Of a DNA stretch of 64,000 bases, positions 20,748 through 42,930 are shown piece by piece. The DNA is from Chrysomallon squamiferum. Taxonomy: Eukaryota; Animalia; Mollusca. The notes under the pieces are model-generated. The model had not been told where the DNA came from. It did not search any database and was given only the letters and a program-made list of their open reading frames with translations. Location of the stretch: assembly GCA_012295275.1 (NCBI GenBank), contig CM022670.1, positions 37,200,001 through 37,264,000 of the forward strand, read 5' to 3'. The translations under genes and the position numbers were made by a program. Positions within the stretch are counted from its first letter, which is position 1. Each line of letters begins with the position of its first letter.

Positions 20748-21765
20748 CATAATAATAACCATCAGTATCATCTTCAAATATTACATAATCTCAAGTTAAT
20801 CATTATTTCCTTCCTCAGTTTCTATTTCCCTTTTTTTAAATATTAATTAAAATATTTAATAAACTGAGGTGGAAAAAAAAAAAAATCAAAATATGTTATA
20901 ATTCTAAATCCCATTTCACTTCAAGCAACTGCTTTAAGTCGGTTCATAATTTACTTCCTTTCTCGCGTGCTAAGCGCGCGCGTGGATTAGGTCGTCTGCT
21001 CGGGTTAAAGGAACAATTTGTGAGTTTGCAGGAAACTACTAAAAACTGCTGACTCTATGAAGAAGGAAAAACATGGCGGCCAATCTGCCATCTTCCCCTT
21101 TTTTTTTTTTTTTTTTTTTTTTTTAGTGCATTATTTTCGGTTCACTAGGGACGTTGTTTCTGTTTTGTTATTTGTACTCAAACTTTAATCTCCATGTTTA
21201 CTGTATTTCACAGTTGCTATTGTTGTTGTTGTTGCGATTGTTATTATTATTATTATTGTTATTATTATTATTATATGAAATAAACAGATAATAAATTATT
21301 TAAAATCAATATGAATGTTAATATTATTATAAATCTTACAAATACGTACATTTGTAAATATTTATATTTTTCCTTTTCTTATTTTATTTTTGTTACCTAT
21401 ACTATTAGCAGAAGTAGCTCTACAACAACAATGAAAACAAAACATTTACTACTTCTGCCCAGCAACATACAACAGTACAACTACCACAACTTCTATTGCT
21501 GCTGCTGCTGCTACCACTACTACTACTACTACTACTACTAATACTAATACTGCTATTACTACAATTGTCATTACTATTATTATTACTGCTACTACTCTAC
21601 TATTCTACTATTGCTTCTACTACAATTCTTACTACTACTACTACTACCACTACTACTGCTAGTATTACTACTAGTATTACTATTACTACTACTGTTACTA
21701 TTACTACTACTATTAATACCCTATTACCTCTACTAATACTACTAATATTGTACAGGCTGTTTTAA

Positions 21766-21822
<57 letters not shown>

Positions 21823-21870
21823 TTATTATTAAAAGTAATAACAGTAATAATTAATGAAGGAATGAACGTA

Positions 21871-21917
<47 letters not shown>

Positions 21918-22086
21918 CGAACAACATACCTGCAAGTGTCAACGCAGTTTGAGAAAATGGTCCGTTTAACATGTTTTCTATGGCCACCACTAATGCTGAC
22001 ATGATGTTGGCAACCAAACCGAGAGCTCCTGGCTCGGCGTATAGAATCGCAGCGAACTCGTTAACTTTCTCTTGAGGATCCCGCAT
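12982..22086 (-). CDS. Triple AceTr (GPR1/FUN34/YaaH, SatP-like) membrane domain fused to a YrdC/Sua5 domain, paralogue A (about 861 aa)
   Basis: Eight phase-compatible GT-AG exons: 22086-21930, 19213-18106, 16932-16652, 16346-16149, 15203-15115, 14760-14235, 13778-13692, 13121-12982 (2586 nt including stop). AceTr-like motifs: YAEPGALGL, GGVVQLIAAILSFRRNDHLVGTAFSVFASLW, YGEPYGLG, EMVNGTLQEYLIPVG. YrdC motifs: GTPTDTVYAI, KDRPQQKPI, YPGGIS, IRVPD, TSGNVSG, STVVD, FRIG. Confidence 0.88.
15571..16144. repeat. 26-bp minisatellite, about 22 copies, with an exact 130-bp higher-order duplication
   Basis: The unit is ac(c/t)aaact(a/g)ttaaatgtaacttaaac. 15701-15830 is identical to 15831-15960. The array abuts the exon-4 donor of paralogue A. 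Confidence 0.95.
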
Positions 22087-23260
22087 CTTTGAGTTTGACG
22101 TCCAAAATTACGACGAAACAGAGCACAGGTTCAAAATAGCGAACTTCGCCAATACCCAGACCTTTTCAGTAGAAATGAATACCTCTTATTCTTAATACTA
22201 ATAAATAGTTTTAAATGTGAGCAATTAAATTTCAGCGAGAGAGAGAGAGAGTTCTTGTTGATTTGTTGTTTTTATATCTGACGGAGTTGTCGTTGACGAT
22301 GACATAAAATAACAACACCATTAGGCGTTGTCCATGCTGTTCCCTAAAAAAAATACGCAACAAGTTACGAAAATAAAAAAAAAATTAATAAAGAAGACAG
22401 TTTGTAGTTTTCAAATGCGCTCACTGCTGACTGGATATGTAAAGTCAGTTTGATATCTCGCCGGTTCTAAGACAACTGGTACGGGTATCCGAGTGCACAG
22501 TTTAATATATACATTCTCGATCGTGATTCGAACGTCATTTTGCTATTTTTAATCAAATTGTCACGTCCAATTACGATTCGTCAACTAATTTTTTGATGGG
22601 TGTGATACCCCTCGGCTTGCTGATTCCAAGCTGTTTTCGGCTCGCCCTCGATTCAAGCCATTGTTGGTCGTAAACAGTGAATACCGCCCCCTTGCGGCGA
22701 AACAATCAAATTGCATTTCAGGTACACCCTTCTCCAGGCATGCCCCTTTACTGTTCTCCGCCAGGTTGAACAATAGCGTAGACTTCTGGCCGACCAATCA
22801 GCGTGCACGTCCTCATACCGTACGAAATGTCCAACAAGGAAGTCTCCGCATAACAATAGTCAGGTACAACTAAATCCTGGACCTAAAGTGACCCGGAACG
22901 ATTATATTAAAACACCGGTGACGTAGAAACGATGATTTTTTTTTAAAGTCCACTGCGTGAGCGTGGAGACTATTCGTGTGCTACACTTGCTTACCTACAT
23001 GACGCCACCTACATGAAAAAAAACCCACCAAACACATTATTGCTCCACCTTCAAAGCGAACTCCGCCCCCTTATGCAAATTAAGAGGAAACGACATATTT
23101 GGTCAGCCGACGTTCCACGGAAAATTACGTTACAGCCAGAGAAGACAGAAAGACGAAATTTTTAAACAGTACAATTTTTTCGCTCTCGTGGACAACACGT
23201 ATTTACATGCTTATCTGAAACAAGTAGTTATTTTTGTTATCAGACTTTACAACAGTTAAA
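22087..23260. promoter_or_regulatory. Putative shared bidirectional promoter of the two AceTr-YrdC genes
   Basis: About 1.17 kb separates the divergent ATGs. The interval is CpG-rich and nearly free of microsatellites. It has GC boxes (about 22684-22691, 23063-23070), CCAATCA at 22794-22800 and an octamer ATGCAAAT at 23073-23080. Confidence 0.55.
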
Positions 23261-30444
<7,184 letters not shown>

Positions 30445-31941
30445 ATTAAGTAGACAGAAATCACAAGATGGACGTTGTAGAATGGAAAAACAGACAAAAA
30501 TCAATCGATTCAGAAACGTAAAAGACTGATGGAAAAAAAAAAAAATAGTAATAATAATAATAATTGACCGGTGTTTGGTCAGCTTGTTTCCCGTGAGCAA
30601 CGGGCACCCTTATAAGTACAACTGTGATATAAACGATTTGATATTTTTTCCTCTTTTTACCCTCTTTGGTGGTGATCATGTATATACTATAGATCTGTTC
30701 GTCACAGTTGTGCCTCATGGTGTCTAGCTCATAACAATCATGCACGTGCAATCAGAAGGCCCATAAGGAGAGTTAAAATTACAATTTGACCATGTCTCAG
30801 GCGCTGTTTTAAAAGTGTACGTCTTTCAAATTAGATTTGAAACAGTTTTATGTCGATGTAGAAATAACGAATAACTGGCTGTAAATATTTTGAATAGCTT
30901 ATGATAACCACATGACTTTGTACTTGTTTATACTATTAAAGAATTATGCCATGTTCACCATACAGACTTTGTTTTGTACGTTTGTTTATTTAGGTATTCA
31001 AAATACAATAACGTAATTATTTCATCCTAATGAGCTTACATCAAACCTGGAAAGTGGAAGCATTAAAAAAAAACAGTCTAATAAAAAAAAAAAAAAATTT
31101 GAAACAAACAAAAACCAAAAAAAAAAAAAATAAATAAAAACATTTAATTTTTTTTTTTTAGATTTAAACAAAAAAAAAAAACATAATAATAATAATTAAA
31201 AGCAAAAGAAAAGGCAGTTATTTTGTTTGGTTTTCGTTCCGTAGTTTGAATATTTGTTTATGTCTTCTCAAATTCTAGAAAAGTTTGAATATTTGTTTTA
31301 AAAAAAGTGAAAATAATTGTTTTGTTTTTTTTAAATTTTATTTGTCAAATCAAGATTTTAACCAAATGTATTCGAGGTGTGGTGAATAATAAATAAAATA
31401 ATATGTTTTCTGTGACTGTATGCTTTTAGTGATACTATATTTCCTGAAGATTGATTATATATATATATATAATGAGTCACACACACAACACACACACACA
31501 GTCGCACACAATTCAGTATATTTTATTTATTATTAGTTTATTATCTGAAGATCTTCTAGTTTTGCATAAATAAAAAATAAAATATAAAAACACACACAAA
31601 AAAAACCCCACCCAAACAGTTAAAACAGAAAGAAATCAAAATTAAGAATTATATTCAATTGGATGGTCTGATAATTAGTTCTAAAGTAATGTTGCCATTG
31701 ATTACAATCAAAAATAAAATATGTACTCACTTTAATTAGAAATGTTCAAATGCCTAACAATAATGAAATACATATACATGTGTGTGTGTGTGTGTGTGCG
31801 TATATATATATAACATTCAATATTTAGCGCAGAAATAGATTTATCTAATGAAAAAAATGAAAGAAAGGAATAAATATATAAAACGAAAGGAAAAGAAAAA
31901 TAAGAAATAAATAATAAATATTTAATGCGGAAAGTAAGTAA

Positions 31942-31984
<43 letters not shown>

Positions 31985-33839
31985 GTAATGATGGTAATAG
32001 CAGTAGCAATAGTAATCATAATCATAATAAATCGCCAAAATACTGAAATTTAATATTTACGACGGACGTTGTCAAAACACTCGAAGCTCAGCAATCGAGT
32101 TAGACAATCTGTTATTACATTTAATAAACAGGTGGGGTTTTTGTTTGACACACCTGCACTTCACATTCAACATTTTGCACCGGTGTGTACTGACTTCAAC
32201 CCAGAAGTAACTCAATAAAGGTAAGTTCGCAGTGACATAGAACACGCTAACGGTGGTGACAACGTTGTTCAGTTTTGCTCTTCTGTTTATTTAAGTCTCG
32301 TGTGTTTTGGGCTCGATTCGTGGCTTCTAAACAAACGTGGCTAGGTTAGAAATGATCTTACGTTACATACTGAGGTTTTATGATCGCATAACGGTTTCTG
32401 TGCTTTGTTCTTTTTTATGTATGCGCGCGAGTATAAGCACACATACACACACACACACACACACACATAAATATACATACATATATACATATATAAAGAA
32501 AACTTTAAAAAAAAAAAAAAAACGGAGAAGAAGAAAAAAAGCAAAAGATTAAAAATTAAAAAAAAAAAATAGCTGTAAAAAAATAATAACAGAAAGAAAA
32601 ATAACAGATACTGAATATAAAAGGAAAAACAGCAATCAAAAAAAAAAAAAAAAAAAATAAAAAAAAATGTTTTGTTAAAATTTAAATAAATATGCAAACA
32701 AATTCATAGTATGTTGTCTATAGCTAAATGTTTATAATTCCGCTTCGAGAGCTTGAGGTGTTTTACTGTGTCATTCTGTATAGGTGCGACCATTGCCTCT
32801 ACTTCCCGTTCTAACAAGTGACTCGAACAATTTGATTACTATCTGTACTTTTAAAACTGCTACTGAAATAACTCATTAACAGAACACCGACTGTTTTTAA
32901 AACGTGTTAACTTAAAATATTCAAATATACATCACATGGTAAACCAAATGTATGCATGTGTGTGCGTGCGTGTGTGACTGTGTGTGTGTGTGAGTGTGTG
33001 TGTGTGTGTGTGTACGTGTGTGTGTGTGAGAGCGTTCTCTGAACTTTCAAAATCCATATACTTGAGTAACAGCTGATGAAACAAAACGTTTTGAATCGTA
33101 CAATCACATGAAAAGTATGTACAGGCATTAAAGATTAAAGCACATATTTTCTGGGTACTCTTAAAAGGAGACTAGGTTGTTTTACCAAAACAACAGCATT
33201 AGCGTAAGCATTTTATATGATTAGTTACACAGAAGTCAAAATCCTCTGTTATATTTCTATATTAAACACACTATACGGGAGACTTCGTTATTTTTCAAGA
33301 CAGTATTAGTGTTAGAATGTTAGAAGTTTCGTTGTGTAGGAGACAAAATCTATCAGTTTTACACCTTCCCGGTTCGATTTTTGTGTAGAAATCGGAATGC
33401 GATCGTGAAAAACTTCAGTATATAGAAAAATAAATGAAGAGTATAAGGATGTGTTCCGGAATCGCTAGGTACTGGGATGGGAAAAAAACACTGAATTTCG
33501 TTTCACTACCTTGTGTGTGTGTGTGTGTGAATAAATGAATGTTTAACAATTTTGACTGTACAAAGGGAAACTCATATACCATAGCATTTGATAAACACGT
33601 TGTAAGACACTGACTGGAAAACAGTTTTTTTGACAATGTATGTTTTATATGTAGTGATGTATACGTCAAGAGTGTGTATGATTTTGTTATTCTAAATGTT
33701 TATTTCCAGTTATTTGTGAGAAAATATATATATATATATTTTTTTAAAGTAATAAAAAAATAATAAAAAAAAAAAAACGTCAAAAGAATATTATTGTGGT
33801 AGATATCAAAAAGACAGTTCATCATCATCATCATCACCA

Positions 33840-33895
<56 letters not shown>

Positions 33896-34517
33896 TAACC
33901 ACGTTTTGGTTATGGCAAAAATAAAACATATTTAAATCTTCCTAAGCATAATTGATTCTAATTACCTAATAAATTCCGACTGTAGACCCAAAATGCTTTT
34001 GACAAAATTATCAACCATAAAACATAAAGAAAACCGATCCGCTCAATTTGACATAACATTTCCTTATTTGCTAGAACGGAAAAGATAAAATCATAAACAG
34101 GTTTAATAAACAGTAAATGACGTTTGCATTTTTTTCTTCCTATTTTTTTTTTGCATTCTTATTTGATCTTTCAGATCGCCTCATAAAACTTTAGCTATTA
34201 AATTGCAAACAAAAATGCCGAATTGAGAATCGAGTCACCACGCAGGGAAGAACGTGATTTTCGTGGTCTCATTATTATTATTCCATCCCGGATCTCAACA
34301 CAATAGTACAGAAAGGTCAAATACTAGGTGACTGTATAACGGTTACCTGTACTTTTAAATTTAAATTTAAAAAAAAAAAAAATAAAAAAAAAAAATAAAA
34401 AAATTCCAGACCAGGAAGATAAACCAATAAAGAAGAAGAAAAACCAAATTAGGAAGATTTAAAGATAGAAAAAAAGAAATTAAAAAATAAAAAATATTTG
34501 AACACCCTTTTAACAGG

Positions 34518-34595
<78 letters not shown>

Positions 34596-34599
<4 letters not shown>

Positions 34600-34795
34600 A
34601 ACAAACATAAATACACTCAAAACTATACACACAAATCAAATTGGAAGTGTAGTGGCTCAGTGGTTAGAGCGCACGACTGAAACAGTAGCTCTTCGCTACA
34701 TCGAATTTTTTCTAATCATTCTAAACTTATTCTAAACTACACGCAACACAGTATATTAAATGTACTGAATAAAACAGACTTTTTCTCTTCCTCAA
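34596..34795 (+). mobile_element. tRNA-derived SINE-like repeat fragment, copy 1
   Basis: A-box/D-arm TGGCTCAGTGGTTAGAGC at 34653, followed by a GTAGC-tcttc-GCTAC hairpin and a T6 run. About 200 bp is shared with 35683-35888, and both copies are preceded by (CT)n. Confidence 0.5.
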
Positions 34796-34979
34796 TCTTC
34801 CACCCTTTAGTACTGAAAGAAAGAGGTTCTGACTTCAACCGAGAAGTAGCCTAAATGACATAAGGTTGAAGTGACATTTTCAAACATTTAGATTCTTCAA
34901 TGTTTACTTTATTTCCATTCTTCTTCTTTTCAGAATAATTTCTATGCCCACATAATAATTGATAATAAGTGAGTTTAAT

Positions 34980-35063
<84 letters not shown>

Positions 35064-35570
35064 GTAATAACAATAATAATAATAATAATAAAATATACAA
35101 TAAACGACAGAAAATAACTATTAATAAGTCTAAAAATGTGAAAGAATGAAAAAAGTAAAGAAATATATATACTGACAAACAGACAAATATAACGACAGAC
35201 AGATACAGAGACTGAAATAGAGAAAGATAGACAAACAGAAATATAGATAGACAGATATTCAGACATATAGACACAGACAGATAGGTATTTACAGAATGTG
35301 CACAAGGAACTGTTGATTCATGAATCTTTACTTTTGAATTAATTCTTCGAGAAAAAACATTTAGTATATGAATTCTTATAAATGTAATTGGATATCTTAT
35401 CTGATTATTGTCTTTCCTATCCATATCTTTTTCACTCATTGTTTATGGCTCTAAATCAGGAAGAATGTGCTTTTGTCTAATCAGTGTTATACCATCCCGA
35501 ATTTTAAATCTCAGTTACAAAAATGTTAAATATGTTGAATAAAACATGCTCAATTACTCATTCATATACA

Positions 35571-35888
<318 letters not shown>

Positions 35889-36275
35889 CTTTCAGAGAGA
35901 GCTACAGAAATGTTAAATACAGAGAGTGGGTGTTAAACGGTTACTTTTAAATATAAACAAAATTAATGGAATTCGGCGGAAAAACAAAACAAAATAAATA
36001 AATAACCTTTCGTGCAGCTACACATAATTAATTCTCATCTGATTTTAACTTTATGCATTATGATAAGTAACCTTAGATTAAATATATTGAATAAAACAGG
36101 ATTTTTCACTCATTCATTCATTCACGCACGCATTCACTCACGCATTCATTCACTCACTCAGTCATTCACTCACTTCATTCACTCACGCACTCATTCACTC
36201 ACTCAGTCATTCACTCACTCACTTACTTACTCAGTTACTCATTCATATACTTATCACTCTGCCACCCCCATCAAC

Positions 36276-36350
<75 letters not shown>

Positions 36351-36642
36351 ATACAAAATGTTTTACTGTATATTTAGTACTGAAGACAGATAGACGCACA
36401 TACATATATTAGACAAATCCATAAACAGAGAGAGAAACATCGAAACAGAGAAAGAGTGAGGTAGAGGTATCGACAGATAAATAGATAAAGAGACAGAGAA
36501 AGAGAGACAGAGAGACAGAAAGACGGACACATATAATCCATCAGTACATACCTACCTGCCTACGTCCATATATACATATACACATACATATGCACAAAAA
36601 CGTTTATGTCGTAACTCACTATAAAATATATTTAAAACAATA

Positions 36643-36680
<38 letters not shown>

Positions 36681-37065
36681 TTCAAAAGGTTATAACTTTG
36701 AGAAACCGTACATTTAAAATTTGCGGATTCAGGAACATGTTCGAACCTTCACAAAAAACTACATACATCGAGGAGGTTAAAAAGGAATGAAGAAAAAACG
36801 AAGAAAGCAAAACAAAGAAGAAAAAAGAAAAAGCTGCTTGCCTGTATTACGTCGTCTATTCGAGAATAAGACTATTTTCAATGCACTCGTTTACGTTTGT
36901 TAATAACTGCCTCGTTTAAAAGAGTTACGTTGGTCAGTGCATTTCTAAATTTGATTCTAAGATTTCCCTCCGAAATCAAGCTGGTGAAAAATAAGGAAAT
37001 ATTTAAAAAATAGAATGCATTTTATGTATTTTATAACAACAAAAACAACAACAACAACAACAGTG

Positions 37066-37112
<47 letters not shown>

Positions 37113-37581
37113 TCATTTAGGTTTTTCTTCATAAATTATGATCAAGCCTGCCAATATTCAAGTTATTACTACTGCTGCTAGTACTACTGCTATTTCTGCT
37201 AACACTACTCCTGTTAATAATAAGGTGGCTACTCTACTATTACTGCTGCTCCTGTTACTACTACTACTACTACTACTACTACAACGCTGTATAATGAATG
37301 GAAATTTAGTAGCAAGCAAAAATTACGTTTTAAAAATCAGGTAGACCTTTACAAATTGAAGTTGTAAGGAAAAATTAATTTAAGATATTTGTAAATAAAT
37401 AAAATGCATAGTTACTGAACTGTGAGGTCAAAATATAAACTCTTTTCCGTTTTAAATATTTTTCTATATGTTTATGTGTTCACTGAAGCACGCGTTTACT
37501 GTTATAACCGACAATAATTCTAATTTACGGCAGTTTCGTGAGAAAAAAAGAATTATAAATAAATAAAATAAAACAAAATAA

Positions 37582-37621
<40 letters not shown>

Positions 37622-38031
37622 TTAAAAAAGGATAAAATAATGATTAAAAAAAATAAAATAAATAACGAATGTCCACCAGAAACCCTAACAAAAAATCCGA
37701 ACAAAACAACAACAAATAATTATAAATGTTTGTTTTGTTTGAGAAATAAGAAGTAGTTATGGATTTTAACATGGAATATTAGCAGATTTTAAAATAAAAC
37801 AAATAAGTAAATTAATCTGCCTAAATAATACTCATAGCACCTTAAAATAAATTTTAAAATTGCTTAAATTTGTAGTTCTTTTTTTTTCTTTTTTTTAAAT
37901 ATACTTATTAATCATTATTAATTATTATTAGTAGTAGTAGTAGTAGTATTGTTATTGTCATTGTTATTGTTACTGTTATTATTATTGTTATTGTTATTGT
38001 TATACTTATTTGTTATTATTATTATTATTCT

Positions 38032-38095
<64 letters not shown>

Positions 38096-38996
38096 CATCA
38101 TCATCATTATTATTATAAACTGCAACGATATAAAAAGAAATGATTAAATAAAATAAAACAAAAACAAAAGATAAATAAACCCAGGTCTATTCGCAACGTC
38201 CATGAAACAATTTTGTTGCTAGAAGTGTGATTCAGCAAACAAAGGATGGACGCGCGACAAAAAAAAATTCTATTTTTAGGCGACCTCAGGTAGTCAGTAC
38301 TATCTTATCTGCAACCGTGTCGTTTGAATTCTATTTTAATGTTCTCATCGTGTCGTTTTCGTTATTCTCTGACAACACAGAACCACAAGCGTCATTCTGT
38401 GATCTTAATCAGCAGAAGATGAGTATTTTGAGACACTGATTATGTTTATTTAACCTCTGGAATTTTTCTGTCGCTCTTATAATCTATTAATCAATTGTAA
38501 TCTGTTGACCAACAGTCACAATCCGGTATGAAAACTATTAAGACATCATACGAGACAAAAAATGACTAAGACCACTGTCATTGGCTCGGGTACATACCCG
38601 GACCTTAATGGAAATCCTTTATTTGTCATTCAGTGGTGACTCCATGTCAAACACATATTTTAAAACTAACTTCCTGCAGGTATCATCCGTGTTTCGTTTT
38701 ACCTGTTAATCGACTCACCTGTCTCACCCAGGTCATTTTTCGGTCAGTTGGCGTGGGTGAGTGGTCAAGGATTGAATATTAAAGAGAAATGACTGACTGA
38801 GTAATGCTTTACTGAATCATTATTCATCTTTTCTTTCTAATTTTAAATGTGGAGTAATAGCGGATGTTTTCCATGTAGTTATTATTATTATTATTATCGT
38901 TGTGTGCAGTAAAATATTGAGATTTGAAGTTAATTTGTTTTGGTTTTCATTCGCGTTTGTTATACATTTGGAAAATTCAGCGTGATTGTTTATTTA

Positions 38997-39035
<39 letters not shown>

Positions 39036-39420
39036 TTGTCCGTCTTTCTACCCCACTACCTCTTTCTCCGTTCTTTTCCTAGTTGTTTTTTTTTTGGGGG
39101 GAGGGGGCTTCTATCTATTTCTTTCTGTATAAAATTTGTATAATTTGGTTAATATCTTGATCTCTGTAACTTCTTTTGTGAGTCAGTTGGTTTATAATAC
39201 AAATCTCTATTATTACATATGCACTATGAATTTATTTAATTTTATTTGTTTCTTTGTTTGTGTGTTTGTTTATTTGTTTGTTTATTTGTTTGTTTGTTTG
39301 TTCCCTTAATTATTTATTTATTTTAATTATTATTATTATTATTATTTCTTCATTCATTCATTCCTTTGTTGGTTTATTTATTGTTATTATTATTTATTTA
39401 TTTATTCGTTCGTTCGTTTC

Positions 39421-39478
<58 letters not shown>

Positions 39479-40291
39479 GATTTTTATTTTTATTTTTATT
39501 TATTTTATTTTTTTTTTCCGTTATGACATTCCAGTTTTATATTCTGTCATCGAGCCATGAAAGACACACCCAGAAATTATTTTCATTTCAATCACTTAAT
39601 ATATACAGGTATTTAGCTGCATGTGACAATGAAATAAAATAATATTTGTATAGGCACAGGTTAAGTTATTTTCAAATATGCCAAAAAAAAAAAAATAATA
39701 ATAATAAAAAAAAAGAAGAGAAAAGAAATGAAAAGAAAACAGTTATAATTATATGTACTTTCTTATTTTTATTTCTTATTATTTTTTTAATTTGTCTATT
39801 TTAATTTATTTTATTTTATTTTATTTTATTATTTTATTTTATTATTTTGTTTTACTGTTATTTTTCAGAGTGTTTATTTATTTTTGTTTTTATTTATTTA
39901 TTTATTTATTTATTTGCTTATTTATTTGCTTATTTATAATTAGTTATCGTTTTCTATCAAAACTAAATAAACACACAATGAAAAAGTAATTAGACAAAAA
40001 TACACTGATAGATTAAAGATATTTTAAAATTATTTTTCATTTTTTCTCTTAATGTTTTTATCACCATTAAAGATAATAAATATTTTATGGAGGTAGTAAT
40101 TATTAATATTCTGACAACACTACTGACTAAATCTATTTTTCACTTTTATATTCACACGAGTCAAAATCCATAACTACGGGTCCGTGTAGGAGTGTTTTTT
40201 TTGTTTGTTTTTTCGTTTCCAGTTGTAATATTACGTTTTTAGAAACAGTGTCACCTTCGGTCACAATATCGGACTCTTTTAGTTTATAAAA

Positions 40292-40349
<58 letters not shown>

Positions 40350-40772
40350 TTTATTATTGCTTTCTTTTTAGTAAAAAAAAAAAAAAAAAAAAAAATTAAA
40401 TTAAAAAATATAAAAATTAGTTAAGGTTTATTTCTACATCTTTATTAATGATATTTATTGAAACTTTAATATGTTTCATGTTCCTACGTTTGTTTGTTTC
40501 AGTTTATGTGCTGTGTTTATGTGGGTGACTGGTATAATTGTCTTTGTGTGTTTGTGTGTGCGTGTTTTTGTTTGAATATTTATAAAGTTGCATATATTGT
40601 TTTATTATTTCAGTTTTTCTTTTTTTATAGCTGGTAAACTTTATTTATTTAATTATTTATTTATTTATTTTATTTTATTTTATTTTATTTTATTTTATTT
40701 ACTTACTTATATTTTACCCTTATTTATTTTTGTTTTCTGTTATTATTTTTATCTTCTTTCATTCATTCACTT

Positions 40773-40803
<31 letters not shown>

Positions 40804-41227
40804 TCCTTCTACACGTTCTATCTTTCTTTCACGAGGCTACTTAGTTCATTTTATTTTTCAGCCAAAAGTATGACGTGTATTTGAAACATGAAATTGATCG
40901 TTATTATATTTTTAATTTGCGTCTTTTCCTTTTTTTTTTACTGCATTTTAATGCTGCCTGGCGATTTTGACGTATAGTCCATTTTAAATATGTTGTAAAC
41001 AGGATGTCCATAATTACCTTAATGGACGTAACAACGAGGTAGCCATACGAATGTTATTATTGTGTGGTCGTGATAAGGCAAAATGTTAATAACGATTAGT
41101 TGTTAAGAAAGTAGTAGTGATCGTTTTCAATAGGGTGGTACTCCAAATGGGAAATTAATAAACCCAAAAATTGACGTTACCGTAAGCACGTAAGGGTCAC
41201 GTGTTTACTTTAACCTTTTAAAACCAG

Positions 41228-41260
<33 letters not shown>

Positions 41261-41342
41261 AAATTTATTGTTAGATATGTGGTTGTGTTGTTGTTTATAA
41301 ATTCTTTTGGTTTACTTCCTCCTTCTTCGGCTTTGCGCTGAT

Positions 41343-41373
<31 letters not shown>

Positions 41374-41779
41374 TATTTTTAATTTTTAATTTTTTTTTTT
41401 TTTTTTTTTTTTTTTCATTTTCCTGTGGTGTTTGTTTGTAATTATTTTTAATTCAGTTTTAATCCAGCCAAGCCAAACATTTTGCTTAACACTGCGCTAA
41501 TTATTGAGGTGAGAAGTGATTGGTTGCCCAGCCGAAATTCAGCATTCATAAGAATTTTGAAAATAGCAGGTCATTGACCTCTGTTCTTAATGTAATGGCG
41601 TCAGATATTTTATCTTTAATGACTCGGGAAACCGTTTTGTTATTCGTGATGTTAAATAAATATTATTCTGTTAGTTAAATTGCTTGGAAACTGTTTATCA
41701 TTACCGGTTCACGAAGTGTAGAAATATTCAGAGATAAACGACCAGAACAACAATCTAAAAACGTAAGAACGTTTTATTA

Positions 41780-41833
<54 letters not shown>

Positions 41834-41930
41834 TTAATATAAAAACAATAAATAAATAAACAAATGTTAAACAAATATTATTTTTTATTATTATTATTTT
41901 TTTTATTATTTTTTTTTTTTTTTATTATTA

Positions 41931-41976
<46 letters not shown>

Positions 41977-42296
41977 TTATGATAGTGGAATATTTAATTA
42001 TTAACCGACTATTTGGTACGAGAAAATTATTACTGAAGAGATGAAGAAAAAAAGAGAGAGAGAGAGAGGAAAACGAACAAATAGAGAAATAAAGAAAATC
42101 AATAATTATAATAATTATCATAATCAATCTATTAAAACATATACAGGAAAATATTTCTTTCCTATTAATTATAACCTTTTGTTTAATATGAGTTATCTCC
42201 CCTGAATCAATGGTTTAATGACGACTTTTGTTCTGGTATAACAAAGCTGTTAAAACTATTTGAAATTTTTCTTTTCTTTACTTTTTTTATTTTTTT

Positions 42297-42349
<53 letters not shown>

Positions 42350-42879
42350 TGTTCTAAAAACAATAGATTATTCACTAATTACAAATATTATTTAATTTTT
42401 TTTTCTCATAAATATTCCGTTTTCTGAAATCAATTATCAACAGTTTATACTCTAAACAAACATTATTATTATTATTTTTTTTTTTTTTTTTTTAAATTCC
42501 AGACATATTTGTTTCTTTCCGGAATTGTGTATCTAATGAATATTATCAGATTTCCGAGACACAAACACTTGAGATATCGATCTGTACAGACACTCCTAGG
42601 TCTTACAAATGGACACCTGCAATGAAAATCATGTCGTTCGATAAATTAAAATAGATTTAAATCAAAATGTATTCATCGATTAATAAGGACCGATTACTAC
42701 ATAAACAGACTGTCATAAGATAACAAATATAACGTGACAGATAAATGAAAAATTCAAATGAACTGAGTTTCCTCACCCACCCTTTTTTTTTTAATTATTA
42801 TGAAAGTAGATGTCCAATGTGTATTTGATTGTGTATTGTCTGTGTGACTTTGTGTATGTGTATCTGTACGTGTTTTGTA

Positions 42880-42930
<51 letters not shown>

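Noticed and set aside
34645-34715. Functional tRNA-Phe gene
   Set aside because: No acceptor stem, anticodon stem or proper T-arm can be formed.
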